A stretch of DNA of 20,000 nucleotides from Yuukianura sp. NJ FZ-2021 (lineage: Eukaryota): contig CM102287.1 of assembly GCA_046563655.1 (NCBI GenBank), positions 10,718,300-10,738,299 on the forward strand, read 5' to 3'. Positions within the stretch are counted from its first letter, which is position 1; each line of letters opens with the position of its first letter. The notes under the pieces were generated by a model. That model was given only the letters and a program-made list of their open reading frames with translations, was not told where the DNA came from and searched no databases. Positions 15,480 to 20,000 of this stretch are shown here, one piece after another. The position numbers were made by a program, and so were the translations under genes.

Positions 15480-18400
15480 TTACGGATCTGGAGATAGAAG
15501 TGGACAGATTTTGACGATTGGTCGTTTGAATGTATGTAGTTTTGGCTTCTTGGTCTTCTCATCGAATGTAGTGTACTTCACTTCAACAGTGCGGACAAGA
15601 TCATCGTTTCCTGGGAATACTGCAGTGACTCTGGCCATCTTCCATTTGAGTGGTGGATGATTGTCATCTTTCAGCAGCACTAATTCTCCGATTTTGACAT
15701 TTTCAGTAGGTGAATTCCACTTCCTCCGTTCTTGAAGAGTATGAACGTACTCAGTACTCCATTTCTTCCAAAAGTGTTCCAAGATGAACTGGACATGCTG
15801 CCACCGAGACAAACGATTCTCCTTGAGGTGGAGTAGACTTGGTTCCGGTATGGCAGTGAGAGGACGACCGATTAGGAAATGACCAGGAGTGAGTACTTGA
15901 AAATCATCCGGATCATCTGACATGGCATAGAGTGGTCTGGAGTTGAGAACTGATTCGATCATGGCTAGGATGGTGTAGAACTCTTCCAGTGTCAGACATT
16001 GAGTTCCCACGGTACGTTTAAGATGAAACTTGGTAGATTTGACACAAGCTTCCCAGAGTCCACCCATGTGTGGAGCGTTTGGTGGGTTCAGCCTCCACTC
16101 TATCCCTTGGTTGCCTAAAAAATCGCTAATTTCATCATTAGACTTTTCCAATAGACTAACCCATTCCGACATTTCGTTTTTGGCTCCGACGAAGTTACTT
16201 CCACAGTCGGAGTAGATTGCAGTCGGTAATCCTCGTCGTGCTACGAACCGCTTCAAAGTGCCAATGAAAGTCTCAGTGTCGAGGCCCGTTACCGGTTCAA
16301 TGTGAACCGCTTTGGTACTAAAACAAATGAAAACACAAAAGTACACATCAAATTGTTTTTTACCTCTACCCTTGGTTTCTGATGCTTTCATTGGTCCTCC
16401 AAAGTCAAGTCCAGTGTGACTAAATGGTGGTGATGGGGTTACTCGTGGTTTTGGTAGATTTCCCATCAGCTGACTGTAAGTTTTGGCACGGAGCCTTTTG
16501 CACTTTATGCATTGATGGAGCTGCTGACGAACAGTGACACGGGCTCGAATGATCCAAAATTGCTGTCGTAGGCTACTCCACAGTAGTTGATAACTGGCGT
16601 GATGCAGTTTGATGTGGTAATTCCAAATGATCAGTTTGGTCAAATGGTGATTTCCAAACAGAATCATCTGGTGCTTCTTCTCCTCTGGTTCTTGTGAGTT
16701 TTTGAGTCTTCCACCGACTCTTAGGATACCGTCCTTGTCCAAAAATGGGCTGAGATAGGATAATTGACTGCGATTGGATAATTCTCTTCCGACTTTCAGT
16801 TTCTTGATCTCCTTGTCGTAACACTCTCGTTGAGCCTCCCGGATGGAGATTATGAATCCATGGTGGATTTCAGTAGCTGAAAGTGGTCCAGTTAAACGAT
16901 TTCCGGTTTTTGAATTCCTACAATTGCTAATAAATCGTAAGACATACGCCATGGCTCTTTTAAGCCGAATGACATTAGAAAACCTTTCAAACATGGATGA
17001 ATTGATTAAACCCAAATTGACCATTACTTTTTCACCTTTTAATTCCAAGTCAGGCTCACTTACTTCCCCCGACTCAAAATTAGGTAATTTTACTGACTCA
17101 CATAGAAATGACGGTCCTTTGAACCAGAGATTTGAGTTGATTAGTTCCTCTGCTGGAATTCCTCGTGTCCCAAGATCAGCAGGGTTGATTTTACCAGGAA
17201 TGAATCTCCATGACTCAGCAGGAAGTACATCCTGAATTTCTGAAATTCGATTGGCGACGAATGTTTTGAACTTACGAGACCGGTTTCGTAGCCAATGTAG
17301 AACAATTTCACTGTCGCTCCAGCAAGTGATGGGACATTGTATTTTCAGAGCTTCAGTGACTTGAGTCATCAATCGTGTCAGGAGAAGGGCTCCACAGAGT
17401 TCCAACCGAGGAATTGAGATTTGTTTGATTGGAGCTACCTTCGTCTTGGCAGCGATGATGTTTGTGTAGATTTCGTTTCCACGAATCGAGCGGGCGTAGA
17501 CAACTGCACAGTAAGCAGATTCGGATCCATCCGAGAATCCGTGGAGCTCCACGAACTCAGCAGTGCCTAAAAACAGGAACCTGGGGATTCTAACATTCTC
17601 AATTAGTTTTACCCCTTGTTCAAAGTCGATCCATGGTTGAAGTAAGGCTCGAGGTATCTCTTGGTCCCACGTTAGGATGTGACTCTTTCCATCGGTTTCA
17701 ACTGGTGTCCAAAGTTTCTGGAAGTAGAGTTTAATTGACACAGTGAACGGAGATAACATACCGAGTGGGTCGAAGACACGGCTCATGGACGAAAGCACAG
17801 AGCGTTTAGTAGCTTTTTCTTCGGCTACTGGTGTGTATCCAGAAAAATGAAAGACGTCATCGGTTGAATTCCAACAAACACCTAAAGCTCGGACATGATT
17901 AGAATCGGATTTTACATTAGGATTTTTACCCCGTAGATTTTCTGGAATGAAGTTGAGTAATTCTGAGTCGTTTGAGTCCCACTGCCGGATTTCAATACTG
18001 GATGATTCCAGTAACTTGGAGAGCTCATTGTAGATTTGAACTCCCTCGGCCGTAGACTTTGCATTTCCAAGGAGATCATCAACGTAGAATCTTTCCCTAA
18101 GGACCTCCGCCCCCTTTGGAAATGCCTGAGAATTGGAATTAGCAATTTCATTCAAACACCTTACCGCAAGGAATGGCGCTGAACTAGTGCCGTAAGTGAC
18201 CGTTTTGAGACGGTACTCTTTGACTGGTTCTGACTCTGACGTTCTCCAGAAAATCCTTTGATAGTCCTGATGAGATTTTGAAATTCCAAACTGACGGTAC
18301 ATCTTTGTAATGTCCGCCTTAAGCGCAATCGGGTCTGACCTAAAATTGATTAAGTGCGCAAAAATGTCTTTTTGCACCGTTGGACCTACCAATTGACATT

Positions 18401-20000
18401 CGTTGAACGTAATTCCGGTTGTTGTCTTTGCTGAGCCATCGAAGACAACACGAAGTTTGGTAGTACTGGAAGTCTCCTTCAGTACAAAGTGATGAGGAAG
18501 ATAATTAGTTTTCCCAATTTTCTCACCACACTCGGAGTCAGGAATTGGTTCCATGTGACCCAGTTCTTCGTATTGCTCCATGAAGCGATGGTACTCGGGT
18601 TTCAGATCCGGAAATTGCTTTAGTCGCTTCTCGAGATTATAGAATCTCCGTAATGCCATGGTTCTAGACCCACCTAAAATTTCAATCTTGGGATTAAATG
18701 GAAAACTTACTTGGAGTCTACCATCTTCTCCTTTAGTGTGAGTCTGAACAAAATGTGTTTCAGCATCATCTTCGTCTTTGGTGAGGTGAGGACGATTTGG
18801 TACATCCTCAATTTCCCAAAACTTTGGAATTGGATCCTCGGTTACAATTTGGATGTGATGAGATGAGACAGACCTAGAAGGACAGTTAATTGGACCAGAT
18901 ACAACCCACCCGAATTTTGTTTCCTCAGCAATTGGTTGAGTAGGCGGTCCTTCCGATCTCTTCCCCGTTTTAAGGTAAGCGACAAACTCAGCACCCATCA
19001 GAATGTCAATGTCTCCTGGCTCCAGAAAATGGGGGTCAGCTAATCGCAGATTTGTGATGTGACTCCATTCCATTTTCTCACATTTGAATGAAGGAATTGT
19101 ACCTGTAATCTTGTTAAGCACCAAAGCATTGACATTTACATGAAAATTAGTTACCCGAGAATTGACAATGAAATTTACCTCACCAAGTGCTTTACCGACA
19201 CTTGCACCTGACACTCCAGTAATTGAAACATTTGACTTAGTTTTGATTAAACCAAGTCGTTTGACACAATCATTTGTGATCATACTTGATTCAGAGCCCT
19301 GGTCAAGCAGAACACGACATTGAACCAACTCACCATCAGAGTCCATGACGTCAACCACTGCCGTAGAGAGTAGGACTCTAGCAGACGATGATTGAAGTGA
19401 ATTGGTTGTTGACCCTTGAGATGAAGTTGATGGAGCAGTAGATTTGTTGTCATCTGATTTTTCAAAATGAAGCGTGGTGTGGTGACGGCCCTTACATTTT
19501 AGGCACCGGAACTTTCCCTTGCAGTCCTTGCCCCAATGACCTGATTTTAAACAGTTTATGCACAATGACTTACTTCCCACGAATTTTGAACGTTCCTCCG
19601 TTGACAATTTCAGATAATCCCCACATTTGTAGAGACCATGATCTGTGGACTGGCACATTGGGCATTTTCGCAGAGGTTGAGTTGGTCTGGAAGATTCGAT
19701 AGGCAATGATGACACCGATTGATTTGATTCCGATACGGTAGGCTTGGATGCCACGTTTGCCTTCTTCTCTGCTGGTTTTCCACCCTCTGAATTTGATTTG
19801 GTTGTAGTGGTGGTAGACGCAAGCAGACCTCTAACGTAATCTTCCAAAAATTCCATGACTTCTGCCAATTTTGGTACATTGGTCCCCTTGAGAGACTTTG
19901 CCCAGTCCCTTTTGCATTCTGGAGGGAGACGTTCCACTAAGTGGAAAACTAAAATCGAATCCCAAGAATTCACAGGCTCCTTTAGATTTGATAAGGATCT
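15480..20000 (-). CDS. BEL/Pao Gag-Pol polyprotein, >1500 aa, 5'-truncated by the window, intact
   Basis: Three Zn knuckles (CPMCQSTDHGLYKC, CINCLKSGHWGKDC, CLKCKGRHHTTLH); protease LLDQGSE; RT KLRVVFDGS...DITKMYRQ...YVDD; RNase H FSDGS...WSDS...NPAD; integrase HIKLHH...CIKC, GLDFGGP, YSDCGSNF, GGLWEACVK; C-terminal FWKKWSTEY...W domain. Frame open to nt 20000. Confidence 0.97.
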   Translation of the reverse strand, partial: RSLSNLKEPVNSWDSILVFHLVERLPPECKRDWAKSLKGTNVPKLAEVMEFLEDYVRGLLASTTTTTKSNSEGGKPAEKKANVASKPTVSESNQSVSSLPIESSRPTQPLRKCPMCQSTDHGLYKCGDYLKLSTEERSKFVGSKSLCINCLKSGHWGKDCKGKFRCLKCKGRHHTTLHFEKSDDNKSTAPSTSSQGSTTNSLQSSSARVLLSTAVVDVMDSDGELVQCRVLLDQGSESSMITNDCVKRLGLIKTKSNVSITGVSGASVGKALGEVNFIVNSRVTNFHVNVNALVLNKITGTIPSFKCEKMEWSHITNLRLADPHFLEPGDIDILMGAEFVAYLKTGKRSEGPPTQPIAEETKFGWVVSGPINCPSRSVSSHHIQIVTEDPIPKFWEIEDVPNRPHLTKDEDDAETHFVQTHTKGEDGRLQVSFPFNPKIEILGGSRTMALRRFYNLEKRLKQFPDLKPEYHRFMEQYEELGHMEPIPDSECGEKIGKTNYLPHHFVLKETSSTTKLRVVFDGSAKTTTGITFNECQLVGPTVQKDIFAHLINFRSDPIALKADITKMYRQFGISKSHQDYQRIFWRTSESEPVKEYRLKTVTYGTSSAPFLAVRCLNEIANSNSQAFPKGAEVLRERFYVDDLLGNAKSTAEGVQIYNELSKLLESSSIEIRQWDSNDSELLNFIPENLRGKNPNVKSDSNHVRALGVCWNSTDDVFHFSGYTPVAEEKATKRSVLSSMSRVFDPLGMLSPFTVSIKLYFQKLWTPVETDGKSHILTWDQEIPRALLQPWIDFEQGVKLIENVRIPRFLFLGTAEFVELHGFSDGSESAYCAVVYARSIRGNEIYTNIIAAKTKVAPIKQISIPRLELCGALLLTRLMTQVTEALKIQCPITCWSDSEIVLHWLRNRSRKFKTFVANRISEIQDVLPAESWRFIPGKINPADLGTRGIPAEELINSNLWFKGPSFLCESVKLPNFESGEVSEPDLELKGEKVMVNLGLINSSMFERFSNVIRLKRAMAYVLRFISNCRNSKTGNRLTGPLSATEIHHGFIISIREAQRECYDKEIKKLKVGRELSNRSQLSYLSPFLDKDGILRVGGRLKNSQEPEEKKHQMILFGNHHLTKLIIWNYHIKLHHASYQLLWSSLRQQFWIIRARVTVRQQLHQCIKCKRLRAKTYSQLMGNLPKPRVTPSPPFSHTGLDFGGPMKASETKGRGKKQFDVYFCVFICFSTKAVHIEPVTGLDTETFIGTLKRFVARRGLPTAIYSDCGSNFVGAKNEMSEWVSLLEKSNDEISDFLGNQGIEWRLNPPNAPHMGGLWEACVKSTKFHLKRTVGTQCLTLEEFYTILAMIESVLNSRPLYAMSDDPDDFQVLTPGHFLIGRPLTAIPEPSLLHLKENRLSRWQHVQFILEHFWKKWSTEYVHTLQERRKWNSPTENVKIGELVLLKDDNHPPLKWKMARVTAVFPGNDDLVRTVEVKYTTFDEKTKKPKLHTFKRPIVKICPLLSPDP

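Larger units (their letters stand above)
14483..20000 (-). mobile_element. BEL/Pao LTR retrotransposon, 3' portion (continues beyond the window)
   Basis: Single Gag-PR-RT-RH-IN ORF, PPT and 3' LTR in the expected order. Confidence 0.95.

Noticed and set aside
16030..19879. Short alternative-frame and antisense ORFs within gag-pol and within the BTB gene
   Set aside because: Shadow ORFs of real coding sequence with no independent motifs.

Overview
Compact, gene-dense animal DNA, probably arthropod (most introns 60-200 nt, Ttk-type BTB gene, TCAGT-type initiators). Left to right: 3' part of a BTB + 2x pipsqueak-HTH gene (+); an uncharacterised single-pass membrane protein gene (-); dynactin p27/DCTN6 (-); an ambiguous small-ORF region with splice signals on both strands (5.8-7.3 kb); a complete, apparently young 4,192-bp Merlin/IS1595-family DNA transposon (7808-11999, 9-bp TSD CCCATTGTG, 0.7-0.84 kb TIRs built from 125-bp repeats) inserted two codons before the stop of a 5-exon coiled-coil gene (-); a 56-bp minisatellite; and the 3' 5.5 kb of an intact BEL/Pao LTR retrotransposon (-). 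The most notable object is the Merlin. Downstream of its transposase, on the same strand, lies a sequence that fits the HDV-like self-cleaving ribozyme fold (8873-8810). Directly upstream is a ~145-nt junction/pseudoknot-capable RNA ending in U5, one hairpin of which carries 8 of the 9 TSD bases. The transposase has a 37-aa, 11-Arg insertion just before its catalytic Glu, and a perfect 55-bp palindrome plus further hairpins lie upstream. Together these suggest an RNA-associated, possibly RNA-guided, Merlin; this is an untested hypothesis. All gene models and folds were derived by eye and no database searches were run.
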